DNA from: Candidatus Levyibacteriota bacterium
Lineage (GTDB): Bacteria > Patescibacteriota > Microgenomatia > Levybacterales > UBA12049
Length of the DNA: 64,000 nucleotides
NCBI GenBank assembly: GCA_963790825.1
Contig: CAWBPM010000002.1
Span: 423,159-487,158, forward strand
Direction of reading: 5' to 3'
The position numbers were made by a program, and so were the translations under genes. Position 1 is the stretch's first letter. Each line of letters starts with the position of its first letter. The notes beneath the pieces were generated by a model, which saw only the letters and a list, made by a program, of their open reading frames with translations, was not told the origin of the DNA and searched no databases. Below are positions 20,730 through 29,398 of this stretch, piece after piece.

Positions 20730-20812
20730 TGCGGATGAGAGGAGTTGAACCTCCACGCCCTTGCGAGCACTACCACCTCAAGGTAGCGTGTATACCATTT
20801 CACCACATCCGC
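20730..20812 (-). tRNA. tRNA-Leu(GAG)
   Basis: Cloverleaf, anticodon arm CTACC-TTGAGGT-GGTAG, long variable arm, no encoded CCA. Confidence 0.95.
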
Positions 20813-20965
20813 GAACTTTAGGGACAAAACCTAACGGTTTTTTCCCAACGATTTTCCCTTTAAGGATGCGCCTTAGCACGAATCCTGACGGCATGCTGTT
20901 CGGCGCAGTTATATCAATTTGAAGAACCATTCTTCAATATTAGCGAATCATTATCACTAATCCTG

Positions 20966-21048
20966 TGCCGCGGAGAGGAGTTGAACCTCCACGCCCTTGC
21001 GAGCACAGCGTTCTGAACACTGCGTGTATACCATTTCACCACCGCGGC
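20966..21048 (-). tRNA. tRNA-Leu(CAG)
   Basis: Cloverleaf, anticodon arm CAGTG-TTCAGAA-CGCTG. Confidence 0.95.
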
Positions 21049-21149
21049 TTTTTCCTCTGGTAAACCACAGTATAGCAAACTACCGCCTATTCTACCAGAA
21101 GGCTAAAAACTTGACAACCGAGTTAAAATTTGTCATATTAGAAGTACAG

Positions 21150-21716
21150 ATGAGAAAGCTTATACTGCTCGTAACTTTCTTCGCAGCGACGCCGCTGGTT
21201 TTTTTGTTAAGCCTCATATTTGTGTTATTTCTTTCCTATCAAAAAAATTCTCATTCTTTAGCCACGACACAAAAGATAGATTATGCTGCCCTGCCTACGA
21301 ATGAGAATACATTCAGTGATTCAATCTCCTCAACTGATGCCAGAGTAGAAATGATCCGCCAATTTCTCTCCCGTTATAATTCGCCGCTTGAGCCTTATTC
21401 CCAGGATATTGTAGATACCGCCGATAAATACAGCCTCGATTTTCGGCTCATTCCGGCTATCGCGATGCAGGAGTCAGGGTTATGTAAAACTATTCCCCCA
21501 AACTCGTATAATTGCTGGGGATTTGGCATTTATACCGGACATACCACCATGTTCAATAATTACCCGGAAGCAATTGAAAAAGTAAGCGAAACGCTGGCTA
21601 CCAAGTATAAAAACAACGGCCTTGAAACGCCTGAACAGATCATGACTATGTATACTCCTTCGAGTAAGGGAAGTTGGGCAAACGGGGTTAATAATATCAT
21701 GAATCAGCTTCAGTAG
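21150..21716 (+). CDS. Membrane-anchored lysozyme-fold (glucosaminidase/SLT-like) protein
   Basis: TM helix, YNSPL...LIPAIAMQESG...NCWGFG; start moved to the ATG after the TTGACA promoter because the track start overlaps the tRNA. Confidence 0.7.
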   Translation: MRKLILLVTFFAATPLVFLLSLIFVLFLSYQKNSHSLATTQKIDYAALPTNENTFSDSISSTDARVEMIRQFLSRYNSPLEPYSQDIVDTADKYSLDFRLIPAIAMQESGLCKTIPPNSYNCWGFGIYTGHTTMFNNYPEAIEKVSETLATKYKNNGLETPEQIMTMYTPSSKGSWANGVNNIMNQLQ

Positions 21717-21846
21717 CCTATAATAATGCCTCTTGACAAACCTATAGTTATCTGATATATTTCTATATAGATCCTGAGGTTTGTTTTCCAACACAGACGT
21801 CAGGATTTTTATCAACACCTTACTGTAAAGAAACAGAAAGGAAATT

Positions 21847-22401
21847 ATGAGAAAACAATTTTTTGTTTTCCTCGCAGTTCTATCCTTCTATACTGCGCTT
21901 TCTCCTCAAAAAATTTATGCCCTCACAAGTTCTGCGCCTTCGGCAGAAATTACTAAACTTTCTGGAATAACGAAAGCGGATGATCGCGGGCAAATTTTAC
22001 GTGACTATTTAAACAGCTATAATTCACCGCTTGCAGATTCTGCCGATTCTTTTGTGAAAGAAGCTGACAAAAACGGAATTGACTGGAAATTATTAGTTGC
22101 CATTTCGGGAACCGAATCATATTTTGGCCAACAGTTACCGCTCGGTTCGTATAATGCCTGGGGTTATGGTATTTATGGCACCAACGTACGTTATTTTATT
22201 TCCTGGAATGACGGAATTCGTGTCGTTTCGAAAGATATTCGCAGTCTTTATATGAATAAATGGGGTGCGAAAGATATTTACGGGATAGGCAGGCTCTATG
22301 CTGCGGATCCTCTGTGGGCATATAAAGTAACGCATTATATGGACCAGATTGAATCGTTTCAAACCGAAGAAGAGAATCAAACTCTTTCAATTTCTCTCTA
22401 A
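21847..22401 (+). CDS. Secreted lysozyme-fold protein, paralog of the upstream gene
   Basis: Signal peptide, YNSPL...LLVAISGTES...YNAWGYG. Confidence 0.7.
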   Translation: MRKQFFVFLAVLSFYTALSPQKIYALTSSAPSAEITKLSGITKADDRGQILRDYLNSYNSPLADSADSFVKEADKNGIDWKLLVAISGTESYFGQQLPLGSYNAWGYGIYGTNVRYFISWNDGIRVVSKDIRSLYMNKWGAKDIYGIGRLYAADPLWAYKVTHYMDQIESFQTEEENQTLSISL

Positions 22402-22554
22402 ATCATCTATAATAGCCACATTGTTAGGGCAGGGACGAGGCAATCCATATAATTTGCGCGCCTGGACCGCTATGTACCGGAGTTACCGGTCTAGCGCCTC
22501 AAATAGAGGAAGAAAGGTAGAAAGAAACCAGGAGTGTCTTTCTAAGCAGTGCTC

Positions 22555-22638
22555 GCGGACGTGGTGAAATGGTAGACACGCAAGGTTTAGGACCTTGTGG
22601 CCTCAACAGCCGTGGGGGTTCAAGTCCCTTCGTCCGCA
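22555..22638 (+). tRNA. tRNA-Leu(TAG)
   Basis: Cloverleaf, anticodon arm CAAGG-TTTAGGA-CCTTG; lies upstream of tig as in many bacteria. Confidence 0.95.
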
Positions 22639-22657
22639 CAAAAAAGGTCTAAACTAT

Positions 22658-23491
22658 ATGGCAACACAATCAACAATTACAAGACACGAAAATGGCGACA
22701 TTACTCTCGCGATTGCTATCCCGTGGATTACGGTAAAAAAAATCCGGGAAGCTGTTTTGGACGAAATAGTTACGACTTCAGAAATTCAAGGATTTCGTAA
22801 AGGAAAAGCGCCGAGAGAGCTTGTAGAAAAACAGATAAATCCGCAGAAATTTCAGGAAGAAGTTTTAAGAAAAGTACTTCCTGAAGCCTATATCCAAGCA
22901 GTTGGGGAACACAAATTGCAGCCTTTGGTTAACCCTAAAATTCACGTTGATAAATTAGAAGAGGAAAAAGACTGGAAATTTGAAGCAACAACCTGCGAAA
23001 TGCCCGAGATAAATCTGGGAATATATAAAGATGAGGTGAAGAAAATTACGGCAAAAAGTAAAATTATCATACCCGGAAAAAAACCGGAGGAGGTAAGTTT
23101 TGATGTGATTATGAATGCTATTTTATCTGTAGTAAAAATATCGGTGCCCCACATGCTTGTAGAGCAGGAAGTTGACAGGCTTCTCTCCCAAACGCTTGAT
23201 GAAATTAAAAAACTGGGTTTAACACTCGACCAATATTTACAATCTACTAAAAAGTCCCCTGAACAGCTACGAAGCGAGTACGGACAAAAAGCAGAAAATG
23301 ATATTAAAATTGAGTTAATCCTGCAGAAAATTGCGGAAACAGAAAAAATTACGGTTGAAGAAAAAGAAATTAGTGAAGCAATTGAAAAAGCAAAAGATGC
23401 AAAAGAAAAACAATATTTAGAAGGTAATAAATACATGCTCGCCAGTATCCTCCGGCAGCAAAAAACCCTTGATTTTCTTAAGAATCTGTGA
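22658..23491 (+). CDS. tig: Trigger factor, short form apparently lacking the FKBP domain
   Basis: GFRKGKAP ribosome-binding motif plus C-terminal chaperone domain; about 277 aa. Confidence 0.9.
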   Translation: MATQSTITRHENGDITLAIAIPWITVKKIREAVLDEIVTTSEIQGFRKGKAPRELVEKQINPQKFQEEVLRKVLPEAYIQAVGEHKLQPLVNPKIHVDKLEEEKDWKFEATTCEMPEINLGIYKDEVKKITAKSKIIIPGKKPEEVSFDVIMNAILSVVKISVPHMLVEQEVDRLLSQTLDEIKKLGLTLDQYLQSTKKSPEQLRSEYGQKAENDIKIELILQKIAETEKITVEEKEISEAIEKAKDAKEKQYLEGNKYMLASILRQQKTLDFLKNL

Positions 23492-23526
23492 TATACCTTT
23501 CTCAAGGCGTTAAGGAGGCTGGTTTT

Positions 23527-24213
23527 ATGGCAGGAAAGACCACACACACAAAAGTGGGTAAAACAAAAACACTGAACCCATTTGAGTCTTTGACAGAGAC
23601 GATTACACAACCTTTTACCGACTTGGGAAAGGGTATACTTCATACTGCTCAAGACGAATTGAAAATATCTTCTCTTTTAGCTGTCGACCAAATTTTATCC
23701 ACAGAACACAAAATTGAAGTGCGGGAACATAAAGACTTAGCCAAAGAGGGGGAAATTTTTAATGCAGGTAAAAAAATCGAAACAGCTCCGAAAGCGAAAC
23801 GTATTGATGCTGCACCCGCGATGGAATATTTTAGCCAATTTAGTAATAAAGATATTATTCATTCGGGTGAACGTTTACAGTCAAGAGAGGCTCGTGAAAT
23901 GGAGCAAACGATCCAAAACATTAAAGCAGAATTATTGCACTTAGTTTCCTCATCAAATGTAGTATTGCAGGCAGAATTTGCCCAAGTAGCAGTTGAACAG
24001 GCTCCCGTAAACCCGGGAAAATATCATCTTGGTTTCTTTGAATGGATTTTAGAGCTCATTAAACAAACTCGCATGAAAGTAGAAGACTCAGGTGCATGGA
24101 TTGCGGCTGTCAGCAGCAAAAAAGGTAAAAAAGGGTATTGGAATATGTTTAAAAAACACGGAACGAGTTTTGGTCTGTCAAATGAACGGACTGTTGCTAC
24201 ACAAACCGGATAA
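23527..24213 (+). CDS. Conserved CPR hypothetical protein (DUF5660-like)
   Basis: PGKYHLGFFEW...YWNMFKKHGTSFGLSNER...TQTG. Confidence 0.7.
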   Translation: MAGKTTHTKVGKTKTLNPFESLTETITQPFTDLGKGILHTAQDELKISSLLAVDQILSTEHKIEVREHKDLAKEGEIFNAGKKIETAPKAKRIDAAPAMEYFSQFSNKDIIHSGERLQSREAREMEQTIQNIKAELLHLVSSSNVVLQAEFAQVAVEQAPVNPGKYHLGFFEWILELIKQTRMKVEDSGAWIAAVSSKKGKKGYWNMFKKHGTSFGLSNERTVATQTG

Positions 24214-24263
24214 TATTTTGCCTCTTGTAAAATAACTGGCTAGTGTTCTACAATAAGAAAATA

Positions 24264-24362
24264 ATGACAGTTGTAAATAAGTTTATTATTCGCCTTATTA
24301 ACCATTTCTAGCGGGTTAATTTGCGTGAGTACCAAATTATCCCGCGAAAGCGGGTTTTTTTT
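24264..24362 (+). promoter_or_regulatory. Leader-peptide attenuator (MTVVNKFIIRLINHF) with antiterminator and terminator
   Basis: ORF 24264-24311; 24311-24323 pairs with 24333-24345; terminator CCCGC-GAAA-GCGGG-T8. Confidence 0.65.
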
Positions 24363-24378
24363 ATGATTTGGAAGGGGG

Positions 24379-24576
24379 GTGAATCTTATGAATGCAGAAA
24401 GAAGGGGAAATTATTCAGTATTACCAGTCATACGAATGGAATCTTGGCAGATGACAAGGGCCGTACTGCAAGCGGCAGGAGATGAGGTAGCCGAAAGAAG
24501 ACCGGGACTGACCATGACGGATGCCCTGAAAGGTTTTAAGCCTGCTCCTGTTTGGGAAACAAGACATACAAAATGA
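24379..24576 (+). CDS. Small hypothetical protein
   Basis: ORF track; purine-rich SD-like GGAAGGGGGTG near the start. Confidence 0.4.
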   Translation: MNLMNAERRGNYSVLPVIRMESWQMTRAVLQAAGDEVAERRPGLTMTDALKGFKPAPVWETRHTK

Positions 24577-24710
24577 GCAATTATCCAAACAAGGGAGGAC
24601 ATTAAGTTTTAATAAAAAATGACTTGGGTAAAAAAAGAGGAGGGATGGGTAATTTATAACCTGTGTTATAATTGCTAGATACGGGTTCTTATTCTAGTTA
24701 AATAAGATGT

Positions 24711-24784
24711 GGAGCTGTAGCTCAGCTGGTTAGAGCGTTTCATTGACATTGAAAAGGTCACAGGTTCGAATCCTGTTAGCTCCA
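24711..24784 (+). tRNA. tRNA-Val(GAC)
   Basis: Cloverleaf, anticodon arm TTTCA-TTGACAT-TGAAA. Confidence 0.95.
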
Positions 24785-24952
24785 CAAATATTTCGCTTAT
24801 AATCATTGAGATAGAACAGATGAATAGTCACTCCGACCATTTCACCGGAGATTGTGTTTATCAACTTTTAAGCAAATATCTACAAAATAAAAATCTTATC
24901 ATGTATTGTTTAGCTTGACTGGGAAAGTTCTCCTGATATAATAAGTGCAAAG

Positions 24953-25180
24953 ATGTTTCTTGAGAATGGGTCAAAGATAGTTCTGGGACCGGGTGTAAGA
25001 ATGTTGAAAGACGGGGCAGTAGCTCAGGATATGGAATTTTGGTTGAGAAGAAAATCAAGAGAGCAGGACGACAAAGAAGCCCAAGAACGTATAAATATTT
25101 ATTTACACAAGAAGAAACTGGACATCATACAAGCAAATACCTCAATTCAGTTGCCTAATCATACGAAAGTTTCTAAATAA
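24953..25180 (+). CDS. Small hypothetical protein
   Basis: ORF preceded by a TTGACT...TATAAT-like promoter. Confidence 0.4.
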   Translation: MFLENGSKIVLGPGVRMLKDGAVAQDMEFWLRRKSREQDDKEAQERINIYLHKKKLDIIQANTSIQLPNHTKVSK

Positions 25181-25233
25181 GCATCAGTTCTCTTTTCTTA
25201 ACCTCACATTTCTGCTATAGTACAGATAAACTT

Positions 25234-26955
25234 ATGAATAACGATGTGTTATTAAACCTTCGCCATTCCAGCGCACATTTACTCGCAGCAGCAATACTGA
25301 AGCTTTGGCCCGGTACTCTGCGCGCCATAGGTCCGGCAATCGAGAACGGGTTTTATTATGATTTTGAATTTAAAAATCCTATTTCTGAAGACGATTTTCC
25401 TAAAATTGAACAGTCTATGCGGGAATTGCTAAAAACGTGGAAGGATTTTAAACAAAACGAAATTTCGCTGGAAGATGCAAAAAAACAATTTAAACATGAA
25501 CCATACAAATTAGAGCTCATCGAAGAATTCAGCCACGATGGGCAGAAATTAACAACTTATATCTCTGGAGAATATACAGATCTTTGTAAAGGCGGACACG
25601 TCGATAATCCCGAAAAAGAGATCGGTGCATTTAAACTGCTCTCCCTTGCCGGAGCGTATTGGCGAGGATCTGAGAAAAATAAAATGCTGACCAGAATTTA
25701 TGGTACCGCTTTCTCGACGAAGAAAGAATTGGATCAATATTTAGCTATGCTTGAAGAAGCAAAAAAGAGGGATCATAAAAAACTCGGACCGCAACTTGAA
25801 TTATTTATGTTCCACGAAACAGCTCCGGGTATGCCGTATTGGCTACCAAAAGGCGTTACGCTGTATAACGAACTAATAAATTTCTGGAGAGAAGAACATA
25901 AAAAAAGGAATTACCTGGAAACTATTTCTCCGATTGTTAATAAAAAAGAATTATACGTCACATCAGGACATTTCGCACACTATTGGGAAGATATGTTTCA
26001 CTTTGAAACAAAAGACGGCGAAGAATATGGATTAAAAGCTATGAATTGCCCAAATGCCATGGTGATTTTTGGAGCAAAAACCAGAAGCTATAAAGATTTA
26101 CCATTACGATTTTCGGATACTGATACTCTTCATCGCAATGAGCGGTCAGGCACTCTGAACGGCCTTTTAAGAGTGCGGGAGTTTCGCCAGGACGATGCAC
26201 ATTGTTTTGTAACTGAAGATCAAATTAAAGAGGAATATGAACGTATCTTTGAAATCACTGAAAGATTTTATTCAATTTTTAATATGAGTTTCTCTTTCCG
26301 TTTAGGCACGAGGCCTGAAAATTACATGGGGGATATCGATTCGTGGAACAGAGCTGAAAAAGAGTTAAAAGAAATTTTGGAAATTTCAAAAAAACCCTAT
26401 TCTATTTTAGAAGGTGATGGAGCATTTTATGGTCCAAAGGTTGATATTTTAATGAAAGATTCTATCGGCAGAAGTTGGCAGATGGGAACAATTCAATTAG
26501 ATTTTCATCAACCAAAAAACTTTAATTTAAAATACACCGATGCAGATGGTAAAGAAAAAACACCAATTGCAATTCACCGCGTCATTTACGGATCACTTGA
26601 GCGCTTCATCGGAATTTTAATTGAACATACTGCCGGTGTCTTTCCACTTTGGCTCGCCCCGGTTCAATTTACCATTATTCCGATTGCCGATCGGCATAAT
26701 GAATACGGAGAAAAGTTACTCGAAGAGTTACTGGGGAAAAACATTCGGGCAGAGATGGATACCCGTCCGGAACGGCTTCAGGCTAAAATTCGCGATGCTA
26801 CTTTACAAAAGGTACCCTTCATGGGTATAATAGGGGACAGAGAAATCGAGAAAAAGACGATTTCTGTTCGTAGTCGAGAAGGGAAAGATTTGGGCAGTCT
26901 AGAAATTTCCCAACTGCTCGGGAAATTACAAGAAGAAATTGATAAAAAGACATAA
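25234..26955 (+). CDS. thrS: Threonine--tRNA ligase
   Basis: RHSSAHLL, DLCKGGH, AGAYWRG, MNCP, AFYGPK, IHR. Confidence 0.98.
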   Translation: MNNDVLLNLRHSSAHLLAAAILKLWPGTLRAIGPAIENGFYYDFEFKNPISEDDFPKIEQSMRELLKTWKDFKQNEISLEDAKKQFKHEPYKLELIEEFSHDGQKLTTYISGEYTDLCKGGHVDNPEKEIGAFKLLSLAGAYWRGSEKNKMLTRIYGTAFSTKKELDQYLAMLEEAKKRDHKKLGPQLELFMFHETAPGMPYWLPKGVTLYNELINFWREEHKKRNYLETISPIVNKKELYVTSGHFAHYWEDMFHFETKDGEEYGLKAMNCPNAMVIFGAKTRSYKDLPLRFSDTDTLHRNERSGTLNGLLRVREFRQDDAHCFVTEDQIKEEYERIFEITERFYSIFNMSFSFRLGTRPENYMGDIDSWNRAEKELKEILEISKKPYSILEGDGAFYGPKVDILMKDSIGRSWQMGTIQLDFHQPKNFNLKYTDADGKEKTPIAIHRVIYGSLERFIGILIEHTAGVFPLWLAPVQFTIIPIADRHNEYGEKLLEELLGKNIRAEMDTRPERLQAKIRDATLQKVPFMGIIGDREIEKKTISVRSREGKDLGSLEISQLLGKLQEEIDKKT

Positions 26956-27544
26956 ACATAAACAAGAACAGAAACGGTTTTACCGGACTAATGAGCGTAT
27001 TTTCGCGACTACGCTTCGAGTGCTGGACAGTACGGGTACGCAAGTCGGCATCATAACGAAAGCTGAAGCGCTGCAGATATCGCATCAACAAGGCTTGGAT
27101 TTGGTTGAGATTGCTCCGACAGCGGAGCCGCCGGTTGCAAAAATTATCGATTTCAAAAAGTTTCTTTACCAGGAAGAGAAAAAGAAACGTGAGGAGAAAA
27201 GAAAGGCAAAAGTGTCCGAGACGAAGGAAATTCGGCTTGGACCTTTTATGTCTGATTATGATTTACAAACCATGGTCAGACGAGGGAGAGAATTTCTCGA
27301 AGACGGTGATAAAGTACGCTTAGTTTTAAAATTTAAAGGAAGACAAATTACGCATCCTGAGTTCGGACAGAGTGTTGTACGAAAAATTATTGAAGCTCTG
27401 GCGGACATTTCGAAAGTTGATCGGGAGGCGCATTTCGAAGGAAAACAGTTAATAGCATTGCTGTCAGCAGAAAGGAATAAAAAACATGAAAAAAAAGATC
27501 AAAGACTCAGTAGCAAAACGCTTCAAAGTAACGAAGACCGGTAA
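26939..27544 (+). CDS. infC: Translation initiation factor IF-3 (non-AUG start likely)
   Basis: NERI, LDLVEIAP...PPVAKIID, KEIRL, FKGRQ. Confidence 0.95.
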   Translation: MIKRHKHKQEQKRFYRTNERIFATTLRVLDSTGTQVGIITKAEALQISHQQGLDLVEIAPTAEPPVAKIIDFKKFLYQEEKKKREEKRKAKVSETKEIRLGPFMSDYDLQTMVRRGREFLEDGDKVRLVLKFKGRQITHPEFGQSVVRKIIEALADISKVDREAHFEGKQLIALLSAERNKKHEKKDQRLSSKTLQSNEDR

Positions 27545-27680
27545 GGTAATGTTTGAACACCAGTACGGTAGTCATAAAAAACTGCATAAATCAGCCGGAA
27601 GACAAAGGAGACAAAAAGAACCGGGTATTCTTAGAGGAAAATTCGCAAAGAAAATCAAACAAATGCTAGGAGAAGCATAA
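27486..27680 (+). CDS. rpmI: 50S ribosomal protein L35
   Basis: KRFKVTKTGK; synteny. Confidence 0.95.
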   Translation: MKKKIKDSVAKRFKVTKTGKVMFEHQYGSHKKLHKSAGRQRRQKEPGILRGKFAKKIKQMLGEA

Positions 27681-27681
27681 A

Positions 27682-27750
27682 AAGAATTCAAAATTTAGAA
27701 TTCAGAACTATAAATTAAATTCTGGATTTTGAACTATAAATTCTAAATTA
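27682..27750. repeat. Heptamer-periodic AT-rich palindromic element
   Basis: AATTCAA AATTTAG AATTCAG ... TTCTGGA TTTTGAA CTATAAA TTCTAAA. Confidence 0.55.
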
Positions 27751-27755
27751 TAATT

Positions 27756-28109
27756 ATGGTACGAGTGAAAAGAGGGATGGTTTCCCGAAGAAAACATAAT
27801 AAATTATTAGGCCTTACGAAAGGTTATCGCGGCACGAAAAGTAAATTGACGAAGATGGCACATGAAGCATCAATTCATGCAGGCCAATACGCATTTCATG
27901 GACGGAAGCTGCGCAAACGTGATTTCAGATCTTTGTGGATAATCCGTATTGGTGAAGCTGCGAAAAGAGAAGGTCTGACTTACAGCGTTTTTATGGATAA
28001 GCTGAAAAAAGCTCATATCGAACTGGACCGAAAGATATTAAGTGATTTGGTGGTCAATGACCCCGAAGTGTTCAAGCAAATTGTTGAAAACGTAAAAACC
28101 GACAATTAA
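27756..28109 (+). CDS. rplT: 50S ribosomal protein L20
   Basis: MVRVKRG...KRDFRSLWIIRI...LDRKILSDL. Confidence 0.97.
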   Translation: MVRVKRGMVSRRKHNKLLGLTKGYRGTKSKLTKMAHEASIHAGQYAFHGRKLRKRDFRSLWIIRIGEAAKREGLTYSVFMDKLKKAHIELDRKILSDLVVNDPEVFKQIVENVKTDN

Positions 28110-28111
28110 TT

Positions 28112-28243
28112 ATGTATTTACAAAGTTCACAGACATTATTCTTTTACTTTACTTCCCGCAAAGTCGGGAGGTTTGTTGGTGCATAAGCTGTACTAACCAG
28201 GAGTAAAATCCAAACAAGATCTCCCCAACGGGGAGGTTTTTTT
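28112..28243 (+). promoter_or_regulatory. pheM-like leader peptide and attenuator of pheST
   Basis: MYLQSSQTLFFYFTSRKVGRFVGA (28112-28186); terminator CTCCCC-AAC-GGGGAG-G-T7; alternative pairing of GGGAGGTTTGTT with AACAAGATCTCCC. Confidence 0.8.
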
Positions 28244-28347
28244 GTGGTTAAACCATTCGTCTCCGTTAGTTGACGGATTTAGATGATGGTCGGATTTCTT
28301 AAAAAAACAAACGGGCCAATATTCCTATTCAAAAGGAAAGGTAAATA

Positions 28348-29397
28348 ATGTATCATACGTATATGGATGAAGAGCTGATACAAATTAAAAACTCTGCAAT
28401 ACCGATGATTCTGGAAGCGAAGACTTTTTCGGAACTCGAGGAAATAAAGCTACAGTTTTTAGGCAGAAGCGGCGTTCTAACGCTTGCAGTCAAAAACATT
28501 AAAGATGTAGCAAAAGAAAAACGGCCTGAAATGGGAATTCTGATCAATGAGGTAAAAATGATCATTGAGGACGCAATTGATGAAAGAGCCAAAAATCTGA
28601 AAGAGGTAAAAAAACGTGAAACACACAAAAAACTCGACGTAACAGATCCGGGTATTCTACCACCTCTTGGTCATTTACATCCGGTGACGCAGGCAATTGA
28701 AGAAATCAGCAATATCTTTGCCGGAATTGGCTTTACCAGGCAGCGTTATCCTGAAATTGATTATGACTGGTACGCATTTGAAGCCTTGAATTTTCCTGAA
28801 AATCATCCGGCTCGAGATGATTGGGAGACGTTTTTTATCAAACAAGCTCCAGATCTGAAAAAGGGTCCGCTGGTTCTGACACCGCATACATCAAATGGAC
28901 AAGTACGCGAAATGGAAAATAAAAAGCTCCCAATAAAAATGTTGAATATTGCCAAGTGCTACCGCCGGCAATCCGATGTTTCTCATACTCCTATGTTTCA
29001 TCAATTTGAGACATTAGTAGTAGGAAAAGATATTTCTATTGTTCACCTTAAAGGTACTTTGGATTACTTTGTTAAATCTTATTTCGGACAAAATCGTAAA
29101 GCCAGAATCCGTCCGTATCATTTCCAGTTCACCGAACCGTCATTTGAAGTTGATATCTCTTGTGGGGTTTGTAATGGAGAAGGGTGTAAATTATGTAAAG
29201 CTGGTTGGTTAGAACTTGGAGGAGCCGGCATGGTACATCCGAATGTGTTAAAGGCTTGTAATATTGACCCGGATATATATTCTGGGTTTGCTTCTGGCTT
29301 CGGGGTTGAACGGGTGCTTATGATGCGGGAAGGAATTGAAATCGATGATCTACGGATATTATACGCAAATAAATTAGAATTTTTAGAGCAGTTCTGA
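28348..29397 (+). CDS. pheS: Phenylalanine--tRNA ligase alpha subunit
   Basis: GHLHP, HPARD, HTS, FHQFE, FTEPSFEVD, GFGVER. Confidence 0.97.
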   Translation: MYHTYMDEELIQIKNSAIPMILEAKTFSELEEIKLQFLGRSGVLTLAVKNIKDVAKEKRPEMGILINEVKMIIEDAIDERAKNLKEVKKRETHKKLDVTDPGILPPLGHLHPVTQAIEEISNIFAGIGFTRQRYPEIDYDWYAFEALNFPENHPARDDWETFFIKQAPDLKKGPLVLTPHTSNGQVREMENKKLPIKMLNIAKCYRRQSDVSHTPMFHQFETLVVGKDISIVHLKGTLDYFVKSYFGQNRKARIRPYHFQFTEPSFEVDISCGVCNGEGCKLCKAGWLELGGAGMVHPNVLKACNIDPDIYSGFASGFGVERVLMMREGIEIDDLRILYANKLEFLEQF

Positions 29398-29398
29398 T

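Noticed and set aside
20997-21149. N-terminal extension of the 239-aa ORF (also 22595-22657 for tig)
   Set aside because: Both extensions overlap tRNA genes; downstream ATGs fit the promoters and the protein families.
22942-23652. 236-aa antisense ORF, and similar shadow ORFs such as 9709-10311 and 45802-46299
   Set aside because: They lie opposite well-supported genes and have no motifs.
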